Below are positions 9,048 through 17,687 of a stretch of 64,000 nucleotides of DNA, in pieces. The notes beneath the pieces are model-generated. The model was not told the DNA's origin. It saw only the letters and a program-made list of their open reading frames with translations, and ran no database searches. The first letter of the stretch is position 1. Each line of letters begins with the position of its first letter. Both the position numbers and the translations under genes were made by a program. This DNA comes from a virus, in the IMG/VR virus record IMGVR_UViG_3300017719_000007, positions 4,678 to 68,677 of that record, one strand, 5' to 3'.

Positions 9048-10319
9048 TTATCTACCATACTTCATAATACCTAACAATTGATTAATTGCAGCAAAGGTAC
9101 CGGTAAGTTTGTAAATTTTTCCTTTATATTTAAATACTATTCCTTCAGTTGGAAATATTGATTCTATTCCTCCAATTCTGTCAAGCCTTGCCAATTCAGC
9201 TTCAACCTTTCTTACTTGGTCAGCACCACCAGTCTTTTTAATTTTACTCCCTGCTGTTTGGATTTGAGACCTTAGTCTTTGTGCTTCATCTGTTGGATTA
9301 GCCGCTAAAAAGTCAGATGCGTTTTTAAGAATCACAGATCCTAGTTCTAAAAACAGATCCTCAAAAGGTCTAATGTTTTCTTTATACTTTTTAGCAACAT
9401 CTTCTTTATCAAACTTTTTAACCAGTGCAGCTTCCTTGGGTCCAATTTGTTTAGCAAGAGATCTCATATTTAAACTCTTTTTATCGCCGTATGCCCATCT
9501 CTTAAGTAAACCTTCTTTTACATCCTGTGATAATGATGGGAACTGTTTGTCTATCATTTCCCTCCACCACATTTCATGATATTTAGCAACTTCATCGCTA
9601 TCAGTTAAACCGTATCTCTTTTCTAAAGCATTAACTTGATTAATAAATCTTTTCTTATTTGTGGTAAAATCTAAATCTTTTTGTAATTTAATAACTCTAG
9701 GTGGAATTATTTTAAATGTTTTACCAATATCAGATTCAACCTTTTTAAGTATGTCTGCAATTTCTTTTGCAGGTTTATTATTAGTACCTGTAATATTACC
9801 ATTACCATCCGTTTCCTTTATACCATGAAATTGAATAACATCTGTATCATAATGAATAACATTAGGGTTTTGTGAATAGATTAACTCCATGTTCATAAAG
9901 TCTTTTCCATTCTTAAAATATTTTTCTTGGTCAGCTGGTGAAAGGTTCATTAATAATCTAGCCAAATCCTGTGCAGCAAATTGAAAAGTATCTTGTACTA
10001 ATTTACTAGGATGCCCTTCAAATTTATTCTTAAATTCAGAAAGAGTCATTGGATTCTTTAACTCTGTTTTGTTTCTTGCAAATTTAACTTCACCATCTTG
10101 GATAGTAGCAAATGCATTTTGACCATCGGTCTTTTCAGTAGCATCTTCTTCAAAGTTTAATTCACCTCTAAGACCAGCATCTATCATCGCCTTAAAATCA
10201 CCAAAGGTTAAATCTTTATCGTCAAATGGATGAGCCATGTGACCAGCAGCACCACCTTCAAACAGAAATGGCTGACTTTTGTCAGTCAGCCATTCTTCAA
10301 ACAGTTTTATATGTTTCAT
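9048..10319 (-). CDS. ATP-dependent ligase-fold protein (DUF6267-like jumbo-phage family), putative head protein
   Basis: EGGAAGHMAHPFD N-terminal motif; ATEKTDGQN (KxDG), FARNK, NMELIY, TEGIVFKY, YKLTGTFA. Confidence 0.75.
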   Translation of the reverse strand: MKHIKLFEEWLTDKSQPFLFEGGAAGHMAHPFDDKDLTFGDFKAMIDAGLRGELNFEEDATEKTDGQNAFATIQDGEVKFARNKTELKNPMTLSEFKNKFEGHPSKLVQDTFQFAAQDLARLLMNLSPADQEKYFKNGKDFMNMELIYSQNPNVIHYDTDVIQFHGIKETDGNGNITGTNNKPAKEIADILKKVESDIGKTFKIIPPRVIKLQKDLDFTTNKKRFINQVNALEKRYGLTDSDEVAKYHEMWWREMIDKQFPSLSQDVKEGLLKRWAYGDKKSLNMRSLAKQIGPKEAALVKKFDKEDVAKKYKENIRPFEDLFLELGSVILKNASDFLAANPTDEAQRLRSQIQTAGSKIKKTGGADQVRKVEAELARLDRIGGIESIFPTEGIVFKYKGKIYKLTGTFAAINQLLGIMKYGR

Positions 10320-10335
10320 TAAATTTGTTTATTTG

Positions 10336-11835
10336 TTACGATCCCATCGTAGATTGTAAAGCTCCGACCATTGCGCCGTAATCTTCACCGTACTTCTTAA
10401 GTAATCCATCAGCAGTTTCAGTTGCTTTAGTTTCATCAAACTCATCTCCGAATGCATCTTTCAGAATAGCCATTGCATATTCTTTAAATTCATCTGCAGA
10501 TTTAATTTCCTTTTCAGTAATCTTAGCTTCTCCAACTAATGCAGCACCTTTTGCTTCAGGTTGAACTTTTACTTTACCCATATTCATTATGTCTCCAGCA
10601 ATACCTGCGGCAGATTCGGAACCGTCTCCCATTTTTGCAGGGACTTCAGTAGCATCCTTAAGATCATCAGCTTCACCTTTTACTTCGGTTGTAATATTTT
10701 GATCTTTAGTAACTAATTCTTCACCCTTTGACTCAGGTTGTACTTTTACTTTACCCATATCCATTATATCACCAGCAATACCGGCAGCAGTTTCAGAACC
10801 GTCGCCTTTTTCTGCAGGAATAGCAAGTCCATCATCACCTGCTTCTTCATCAGCAATTTCATCACCTGTAACTTTAGTGATTACTTCACCTACAGCTTCT
10901 TCTACAGCTTCTTCTTCTTCAGCTTCTATTTCTTCTTCATCTACTTCTTCTTCATCATAAGATTCTGTTACGAAATTTGAAAAAGACATAATTCTTGATT
11001 CATCTTTCTTTTCTTCATCTTCATCATATTCAACATCTTTCTTTAATGCATCAATTTCGGAATCATCAGATTTTACAGCTCCTTTATAGTGGTCTTCCTT
11101 TTCTTTATCATCTTCGTGGTCCACTTTAACATCACCCTTATCTTCTAATTCATCACCTTTCTTTTCGTCTTCTTCGCCTTCACCTTCATCATCGTCTTCA
11201 GCAAGAGGCTTAGCAGATGCAGCTACAGGAACAGCATAATCCTCAGGCTCTTCATCATCATCATGATATTTAACATTCTTGTTAACTGTAACTTCTTTTT
11301 CTTTAATGAAATCTTCAAAAGCCATAATTCTTTTAGTAGCGGCTGGAGTTTCTTCTTCTTCAGCAGCAACCTCAACACCATCTTTATCTTCTACTTCATC
11401 AGCTTCAGCAGGAACTTCTTTAGTGATCTCTTGATCTTTTGTTACCAAATCATCTGATTCTTCAGTTTCTTCAACTTCTTCAACTTCTTCAGCAGATTCT
11501 TCTTCAGCAACTTCACCTTCTGTACCAACTTTATCATCCTCTTTATCTTCTTCGGATTCTAATGATCTAGGTTCACCTTTCTTTTTCTCTTCATCAGCTA
11601 TGTCTTCAGCTCTATCTTCTTCAATTTCTTCTTCGGAAATATCTTGCTTTGGGCTAGCATCTTTAATTAATCCTTCTAATTTAGTTAGAAGATTCTTTTC
11701 TTTCTTTAATTCTTCAACACTTTCGTAACCCATCTTTTTAACAAGATCCATTACAGCGTCGTGAGTAGCTTCAGCAGATTCATTGATTGAATCTTCGGCT
11801 TTAGCCATCATTGAAAACTTTTTGATTGGTTTCAT
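10336..11835 (-). CDS. Highly acidic, internally repeated protein; putative prohead core/internal head protein
   Basis: E/D-rich; 60-aa-period duplication (GDGSExAAGIAGDIMxMGKVKVQPExKG twice); internal RIMAFEDFIKE and RIMSFSNFVTE motifs. Confidence 0.6.
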   Translation of the reverse strand: MKPIKKFSMMAKAEDSINESAEATHDAVMDLVKKMGYESVEELKKEKNLLTKLEGLIKDASPKQDISEEEIEEDRAEDIADEEKKKGEPRSLESEEDKEDDKVGTEGEVAEEESAEEVEEVEETEESDDLVTKDQEITKEVPAEADEVEDKDGVEVAAEEEETPAATKRIMAFEDFIKEKEVTVNKNVKYHDDDEEPEDYAVPVAASAKPLAEDDDEGEGEEDEKKGDELEDKGDVKVDHEDDKEKEDHYKGAVKSDDSEIDALKKDVEYDEDEEKKDESRIMSFSNFVTESYDEEEVDEEEIEAEEEEAVEEAVGEVITKVTGDEIADEEAGDDGLAIPAEKGDGSETAAGIAGDIMDMGKVKVQPESKGEELVTKDQNITTEVKGEADDLKDATEVPAKMGDGSESAAGIAGDIMNMGKVKVQPEAKGAALVGEAKITEKEIKSADEFKEYAMAILKDAFGDEFDETKATETADGLLKKYGEDYGAMVGALQSTMGS

Positions 11836-11896
11836 TATAATTATCTTTTTTTGATTCTTTTTTTATATATCCATCTCTCATGAGAAAGATATTATA

Positions 11897-13399
11897 TCAG
11901 TACCTAACATTTTGTACTTCAAAAGGAAACTTTTCTTCCTTATAAATTTTTCTTCTTTCCATCCCATGTCTGTATATGTAATTTACCCAGTCATGATCAT
12001 CTACTTTATATCTAAAATCATCAATAAAGTCATATATTTTTACTACATCTTTACTTGCATGCTTTCTTAAACCTCTACCGATAGACTGTCTAATAATGAC
12101 TTCCGATTTAAATGATTCTGTAAAAAATATGTTATGTATATTTTTAATTGATATTCCAGTTGAAAATGTACCGTATGATGCTACAATAATAACATCATCA
12201 TTCTTTTCCATTCTCTTTTTGAATTCTTCTCTAAAGTCAGACTTAACAGAACCATCAACATAATAAACTTTCTTATCTGTTATTGTCCTAAGTTTTTTAT
12301 ATAGTTTTTCACCGTATGCTATTTTATGAAATAGTACTAGTGAATTAGATGTTGACTTTTTAATTACTTGGCAAACAAAATCTAACCGTTTTTCGCTTTC
12401 ATTAATAAAATTTTGCTCTAAGCTAAATAATTTTTGTCTATCATACGGATTTTTAGATAGAGAAGAAAACGCTTCCTTTTGTGCATCGGTTGCATATTCC
12501 ATGTGGATCTGTAATACTTTACATTTTGCAATATGACCTTCTTCTTGTAAGTGAGCAGCTTTTACTTGGGTTACTAACGGACCCATTGCCGACATTAGAC
12601 TTAACCTATTTACAGTTCCTCTTTTAGGAATAGTACCACTTAAACCAAATCTATAATCACAGTGCCAACATTTATCCATTATCTTTTGGATTGAATTTGC
12701 TTTTGCTTTATGAGTTTCATCTACAAAGACTGCATCAAATTGGCTAAAGTATTCTTCGTCCTTTTTAGTTAAAGATTGATAAGTACCTATAACTACATTT
12801 GAACTCTTTCGTAATTTAACACCAGCATAAATCTGTTGAATCTTAATAGGAACTCTACCTTTATTATATTCTTCAAAATCTCCACTTGCCTGTACTACCA
12901 AACTTACATTAGGTACAATCATTAGGATTTTCTTTTTACCTAACTGTTCCATCATATAAGCAACTACCATAAAGGAGATTAAAGTTTTACCGGCAGAAGT
13001 TGCCAATTCAGCCAAACACCTTCTATACTTTAAAATCTTTATTGCTGCATCAATTTGATAATCTCTTGGTTTAATTTCAGACTTTGCAAAAAATTCATCT
13101 ACCCATGCTTTAAAAATTTCTTCGTCTATAGAAGTATCAAAAATATCGGTTATGCCATTTAATGTAAATTGGTAATCATATTGTTTACATATATCAATTA
13201 CTTCCTTCCATAAACCTGCCGGAATTTTGTTTCTTTTAATAAATGAAATGTTACCATCCCAAACCTTTTTCTTTACCAATGGGTGAAACCGCCACCCTTC
13301 TATTTTCTTAGTAAGACTAGATTTTAATTGTTCATATTCCAATTCGGTACATGAATCAATTACTAAAAACTTTTTATTTTCCGACAGAGATAGTTCCAT
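11897..13399 (-). CDS. uvsW: UvsW-like superfamily 2 DNA helicase
   Basis: PRDYQ, LATSAGKT (Walker A), VDETH, GLSGT, ASYGTFSTGISIKNIHN, QSIGRGLR motifs typical of T4 UvsW. Confidence 0.95.
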   Translation of the reverse strand: MELSLSENKKFLVIDSCTELEYEQLKSSLTKKIEGWRFHPLVKKKVWDGNISFIKRNKIPAGLWKEVIDICKQYDYQFTLNGITDIFDTSIDEEIFKAWVDEFFAKSEIKPRDYQIDAAIKILKYRRCLAELATSAGKTLISFMVVAYMMEQLGKKKILMIVPNVSLVVQASGDFEEYNKGRVPIKIQQIYAGVKLRKSSNVVIGTYQSLTKKDEEYFSQFDAVFVDETHKAKANSIQKIMDKCWHCDYRFGLSGTIPKRGTVNRLSLMSAMGPLVTQVKAAHLQEEGHIAKCKVLQIHMEYATDAQKEAFSSLSKNPYDRQKLFSLEQNFINESEKRLDFVCQVIKKSTSNSLVLFHKIAYGEKLYKKLRTITDKKVYYVDGSVKSDFREEFKKRMEKNDDVIIVASYGTFSTGISIKNIHNIFFTESFKSEVIIRQSIGRGLRKHASKDVVKIYDFIDDFRYKVDDHDWVNYIYRHGMERRKIYKEEKFPFEVQNVRY

Positions 13400-13848
13400 T
13401 AAAATTCCTTATCATCTAAGTTTATTCTGTTTCTTATTGCAAATGCCATGTTATCTAAAGTCTTAATACATTCATAATAATAATCTATATGTGACTGTAG
13501 CATGTCTATTTGTGTTTTTAAAGAAGACAGATCTGCTTTTATAAATTGATGTTTTTCGCCGTTAGTTAATTTAACATCATAGTTAATTGAATACTCTCGG
13601 TATTGATTTTTATAGTACCTATCCCAAGTAGCATTTCTTTTATATATTGTTGTTTTAAAATCAGTTACTTTATCTAATAAGATTTGTCTATATGACAACA
13701 TTCTTACTTGACATTCTGATAGTTCATTCATATTTTTTAGCTTGGATACAAGATCTTTAATCTTAAGTTTCCAATCATCCCTATCTTTGCCTAATCTAAT
13801 TTCTAGTTGGTCGTTAGCTTCCTTTATTTGTGTATCGTCAAATGCCAT
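13399..13848 (-). CDS. uvsY: UvsY-like recombination mediator
   Basis: About 150-aa helical protein directly upstream of uvsW; C-terminal IKTLDNMAFAIRNRI resembles the UvsY C-terminus. Confidence 0.65.
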   Translation of the reverse strand: MAFDDTQIKEANDQLEIRLGKDRDDWKLKIKDLVSKLKNMNELSECQVRMLSYRQILLDKVTDFKTTIYKRNATWDRYYKNQYREYSINYDVKLTNGEKHQFIKADLSSLKTQIDMLQSHIDYYYECIKTLDNMAFAIRNRINLDDKEF

Positions 13849-14063
13849 TAAAATATCCCTTTATTATTATTATTTTTTTTGTAACTTTTAATCTTTGGTT
13901 GAAACTTTCTTTTAGGTTCTGGTAAAGAAAATGTTTTATCAATTTTACTAAGCTCTATTTTATCAAATTTAGTAAAGAGTTTTATTTTCTTTTTTGAATT
14001 TTCAAAATCATTATAGAAATCATCAAACTGTTCGGTCACAAATTCATTATATTTTTTTATCAT
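13848..14063 (-). CDS. Small basic protein with capsid-targeting-like N-terminus
   Basis: MIKKYNEFVTE start; ORF overlaps both neighbours at stop/start junctions. Confidence 0.6.
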   Translation of the reverse strand: MIKKYNEFVTEQFDDFYNDFENSKKKIKLFTKFDKIELSKIDKTFSLPEPKRKFQPKIKSYKKNNNNKGIF

Positions 14064-15133
14064 AAGAAAATTAAATCTAAATGATTATCTGTAAAATATT
14101 TATCCAACTCATTTAAGCACCCAGTTCTATTCTTAAATTCATACTTAACCAAATCGTTTAAATCTTTTACCTTTTTCTTAGGTATACTAAAGTCCTTTAA
14201 ATATTTATCCCACATAAAAACCGTTTGCCCTTTCTTTAGCTTTTGTATCATTTTAGCTTTACCTTCATAGTCATTATCAAACATATATCTTGCTGTAGGA
14301 ATTTCATCAAAATCTAAAATCTGTTTTTTAACACCAGTCAAGCCTATTGTATTTGACATAAAGAAAGAATCTATAGGTCCTTCAAATATTGTAAACTCTC
14401 TACCTAAATTAACTGTTAAGATACCGAATATCATTGATATTTTATTTAAAGAATCTAATTCTTCTTCAGAAACATTTAGTTGCTTTTTTAATCTATCATA
14501 TATTCTTTCTATATTCCAAGTCTTATACTTAGGGCCAGTGGTATTTTCTAATGCCCTAACCTGAAATCCTATTATTTTATTTTCTTTATTTAAATTAAAA
14601 ACATACAACTCTTTACGCCTTGGGTCATAACCAAATTTTTCGGTCTTATGGTGAAGTAATCTACTCTTAAGATATGGGTAAGCTCTATATGTTAATGAAT
14701 TAATAGGATATACATTAAACCCTACTGCAATCTCATCAAAAGATAATGCTAATTTGTTAGCTTTATCAAATAAATGAAATTCTAAAGTTTCGCCTAAAGA
14801 AAAGTTTTTACTATTATCTTTAATGTAATTAAGAACATTAATTCTATCATCACCTTCAAAATTTAAATTATGATCCTTTAAGAATACATCTAAACTTTCA
14901 TGAGCCGAACAATTATAACAATGAAAATGTAAATTGTTCCAATATAAATTACCTCTCTTTTTTCTAGGTGTATCATGTGAATCACCACAATAAGGACAAG
15001 CAAAATTTAATCTTTCTTTACTTTCTAATATTCTTCTTTTCTCAGGATGAGAATGGTTTTGATGAAGAACTCGGACCACCTTATCGATGATCCGAGCTTT
15101 CATTTCAGAAGATATTATTACTTCTGTTCCCAT
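14060..15133 (-). CDS. DNA primase, T4 gp61-like
   Basis: NFACPYCGDS...HCYNC zinc finger; TOPRIM FEGPIDS and FDND; KDLND. Confidence 0.92.
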   Translation of the reverse strand: MGTEVIISSEMKARIIDKVVRVLHQNHSHPEKRRILESKERLNFACPYCGDSHDTPRKKRGNLYWNNLHFHCYNCSAHESLDVFLKDHNLNFEGDDRINVLNYIKDNSKNFSLGETLEFHLFDKANKLALSFDEIAVGFNVYPINSLTYRAYPYLKSRLLHHKTEKFGYDPRRKELYVFNLNKENKIIGFQVRALENTTGPKYKTWNIERIYDRLKKQLNVSEEELDSLNKISMIFGILTVNLGREFTIFEGPIDSFFMSNTIGLTGVKKQILDFDEIPTARYMFDNDYEGKAKMIQKLKKGQTVFMWDKYLKDFSIPKKKVKDLNDLVKYEFKNRTGCLNELDKYFTDNHLDLIFL

Positions 15134-15137
15134 ATGA

Positions 15138-16058
15138 TTAAAGATCTAAACCGTTAATGAAATCATCAAAATCATCTCCCTTAGAAGAATCTTCGGTTTT
15201 AGATGTAGTTGCCGTTGCAGAAGGTGCAGCGGTTTCTGTTACAGTCGCAGCAGCAGCTTTAGTTGCAGCCGGTGCTGGTGCAGATTTTGCAGTAACAGTA
15301 TCAATAGAAGATCCTGGGTTACTAAATTGAGATAGTACGCCCATTACTTTATTTCTCTGTTCATCAGTCCATGGTCTGTAGTCAAAGTTGCCTAAATCCG
15401 GTGCATCTTTAATGTAATCAAGAATTGCAGTTCTTCCTGCGTCATCAGCTGTTACATCGTTACCGTTAATTGACATTGGAGATCTACTCCCTTGGAATTT
15501 ACATGAATCGTAGTTTGGATAACCACCTTTCTTTGAAATTACTAATTCAAAATTCTTTCCTTCAAAAGGATCAAATACTTGAGTAGGTTCATCAAACTGT
15601 GGATTTAACTCTTCATCAATTTTAGTTTTAATCTTGTATCCAAATTTCATTACTTTAATTTGTCCTTCAAGATCTCTGTTTTGTGGATCTTTTACGATTT
15701 GTACTAATGCATAAAATACTTCTCTACGCTTAAGTCCCTCTGACATCTTTTTGTCTACAGCAGATTCAGAGTTTCTAAGTTTAAAGAACATGTCCTGTAC
15801 AGCACATTTGTCTCCAACCGTTGAAGGTGAGTCTGCGTAAAAGCCATTGCCATCTCTGTCTTCTAACCAGTAGACATATTTACGAACGAAAGGTTTACGT
15901 GGATTTTTTGCATTAGGTAAAAACCTAATTAGTGAACGGTAAGTACCGTCTGAACCTTGATCAGGTTTCGGTGTGTAAAGATCGCTTGTTGTTTGCGGTC
16001 TGTCTCCAGTGTCTAGGTCCTTGACGCTAACACTGAAAATGTCGAATTCATTTGCCAT
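15138..16058 (-). CDS. Single-stranded DNA-binding protein, T4 gp32-like
   Basis: IRFLP, FDPFEGKNFEL, GYPNYD, and acidic tail DDFDDFINGLDL. Confidence 0.92.
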   Translation of the reverse strand: MANEFDIFSVSVKDLDTGDRPQTTSDLYTPKPDQGSDGTYRSLIRFLPNAKNPRKPFVRKYVYWLEDRDGNGFYADSPSTVGDKCAVQDMFFKLRNSESAVDKKMSEGLKRREVFYALVQIVKDPQNRDLEGQIKVMKFGYKIKTKIDEELNPQFDEPTQVFDPFEGKNFELVISKKGGYPNYDSCKFQGSRSPMSINGNDVTADDAGRTAILDYIKDAPDLGNFDYRPWTDEQRNKVMGVLSQFSNPGSSIDTVTAKSAPAPAATKAAAATVTETAAPSATATTSKTEDSSKGDDFDDFINGLDL

Positions 16059-16166
16059 TTTAATTGCCTTTTTATTTTACTTTGTTATTAATTGTGGATA
16101 TAACGCAGCTCTGCCTATTTTTAATTTGCCCGGGTATTGCCAATATACTTTGCCTTGTTATATGCC
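16053..16166 (-). repeat. Array of seven GGCA motifs in the SSB gene leader
   Basis: Plus-strand TGCC at 16053, 16065, 16112, 16127, 16138, 16151, 16163. Confidence 0.75.
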
Positions 16167-16205
16167 TGTTTATAAGTCCCTGAATATATCAGTTCCTTTG
16201 TTTAT

Positions 16206-16235
16206 TATATATTCATATCTCTACTTAGTTTCAGA
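16206..16235 (-). promoter_or_regulatory. Putative bipartite promoter (GAAACTAAGT...TATATA) for the SSB operon
   Basis: Minus strand TCTGAAACTAAGTAGAGATATGAATATATA; same architecture at 16523-16551 (+) and 62903-62928 (-). Confidence 0.55.
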
Positions 16236-16250
16236 CTAAATAGAACTTTT

Positions 16251-16517
16251 TTATTGTAAAATAGCGGTTACATCATTTTCTCTGATGCTGAATATAGTTT
16301 CATCATTATATTTAAATTCAGTTCCAGCTAAATCATGAAATAGGACTCTTGCCCCAACTTTGTAATCCTCATCCTCTATATCATTACCTACAGATATGAT
16401 TGTTCCAGAATAAGGTGGAGCATACTGACCTTCGGTTTTAGGTACATATATACTACCTATTTTCTCTGGTAGTTCATCTTTTTTAATAAATATTCTATTT
16501 TTTATTGCTTTTATCAT
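16251..16517 (-). CDS. groES: Co-chaperonin GroES/Cpn10
   Basis: IKAIKNRIFIK, GSIYVP, GTIISVG, KVGARVLF, GTEFKY, IRENDV. Confidence 0.9.
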   Translation of the reverse strand: MIKAIKNRIFIKKDELPEKIGSIYVPKTEGQYAPPYSGTIISVGNDIEDEDYKVGARVLFHDLAGTEFKYNDETIFSIRENDVTAILQ

Positions 16518-16522
16518 AATAT

Positions 16523-16551
16523 TCTGAAACTAAGTTCTAATTGCTATATAT
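16523..16551 (+). promoter_or_regulatory. Putative bipartite promoter in antisense orientation
   Basis: TCTGAAACTAAGTTCTAATTGCTATATAT; the first 13 bp are a perfect inverted copy of 16223-16235. Confidence 0.45.
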
Positions 16552-16623
16552 AAAATTTAACAGATTGAAGAAAGAAAAGTATGTAATTACTAGACATAAA
16601 AGTATTTAGTGGTTTTCTATGTA

Positions 16624-17298
16624 TTAAGTATTCAATGACCACCCTTTTTCTTTATTAGCATTTAATATAAAATACGCATCTACTAAGTCATCTATAGGTT
16701 TAGGGATCTTTTCTGTAAAGTCTTTACCTTGAGTCCATTTCCATAATTTAGTTTTCCTTAAATCTTTATCATTAAAAACGTCATCTTGGAAAGCCTTTAC
16801 CATATAATGTTTGTTTGCATTACCTTTTCCAGCTAATTTCTTTACGTGAGATGGTTGATATATTGAAATATTTTCTACACCCCAAGCATTAACTATTTCA
16901 TTTCTTAAAAATGTATTATACTGAACTATGTCAATAAATGAGTTACCTTTTGAACCATACGAAAAACCTTCTAATGCAATCTTATGGTTTTCGGTTCCAT
17001 ATAATGTTATTAAAATATTTGAAATTAAGTCTGCTATATTTTGACCATCCGTGAGTTTTTCCCGTTCCCTAAGTAAAAAGTCTTTATCTTTTACTTGTCT
17101 ATAATACGGAAATCCTAATATAGTTTTATCATCTACTAACTCTTTATGTATGGAGAACGCTTTAGGTATTTTTTTACCAGCATCATCCCATATTCTATTT
17201 CCGTAATTGAAAAATGTAATAAATGTGTATTTGCCTTTATGGTCCTGTGTGCAAGTACCTGGGCTGTTTAAGGAGAAGTCTATACCTGTGTAAATCAA
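16624..17298 (-). CDS. RuvC-like Holliday junction resolvase (RNase H fold)
   Basis: GIDFSLNSPG, IALEGFSYG, PSHVKKLAGKGNANK, DDLVDAY catalytic pattern; TTG start. Confidence 0.82.
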   Translation of the reverse strand: MIYTGIDFSLNSPGTCTQDHKGKYTFITFFNYGNRIWDDAGKKIPKAFSIHKELVDDKTILGFPYYRQVKDKDFLLREREKLTDGQNIADLISNILITLYGTENHKIALEGFSYGSKGNSFIDIVQYNTFLRNEIVNAWGVENISIYQPSHVKKLAGKGNANKHYMVKAFQDDVFNDKDLRKTKLWKWTQGKDFTEKIPKPIDDLVDAYFILNANKEKGWSLNT

Positions 17299-17308
17299 TT
17301 ATATTAAA

Positions 17309-17665
17309 TTATAGTCTCTTACCTAATACCGCACCTAATGCAGCACCGATTAATCGACTGGTTAATAAATCATATAAAGCACCCTTTTGGATACCTAGTA
17401 CTTTTGCAATTGCTTTCCCTACAGATTTTCCTAATGCAAAACCGGTGAGTCCACCTAAGACAGATCCTAATATACCTTCATTAATAATCTCTTCCATAAT
17501 AATCTCTAAGTCTTTACCATTATTATGTTCTTCCATGATTCTATCAACTGCATTATCAATTGCAGCTTCTTGTTCTTCTGTTAAATCATAAGATTCATTT
17601 AATAGATTTTGTATGTCTACCGATTCATTATGATTTTCAGTAAGATAGTCTTTAAATGTTTTCAT
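17309..17665 (-). CDS. Putative head-packaged pre-protein with C-terminal glycine-zipper amphipathic segment
   Basis: MKTFKDYLTE start, acidic pro-region with LTE/LNE/INE, then GILGSVLGGLTGFALG...IGAALGAVLGKRL. Confidence 0.7.
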   Translation of the reverse strand: MKTFKDYLTENHNESVDIQNLLNESYDLTEEQEAAIDNAVDRIMEEHNNGKDLEIIMEEIINEGILGSVLGGLTGFALGKSVGKAIAKVLGIQKGALYDLLTSRLIGAALGAVLGKRL

Positions 17666-17687
17666 TGCTTTTCTATTTGTTTATATA

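Noticed and set aside
10555-10822. Diverged repeat pair as a diversity-generating retroelement TR/VR
   Set aside because: Differences are mainly synonymous and not adenine-specific; no reverse transcriptase in the window.
16093-16101. DnaA-box-like TGTGGATAT in the SSB leader
   Set aside because: Single copy with one mismatch; not enough to call.
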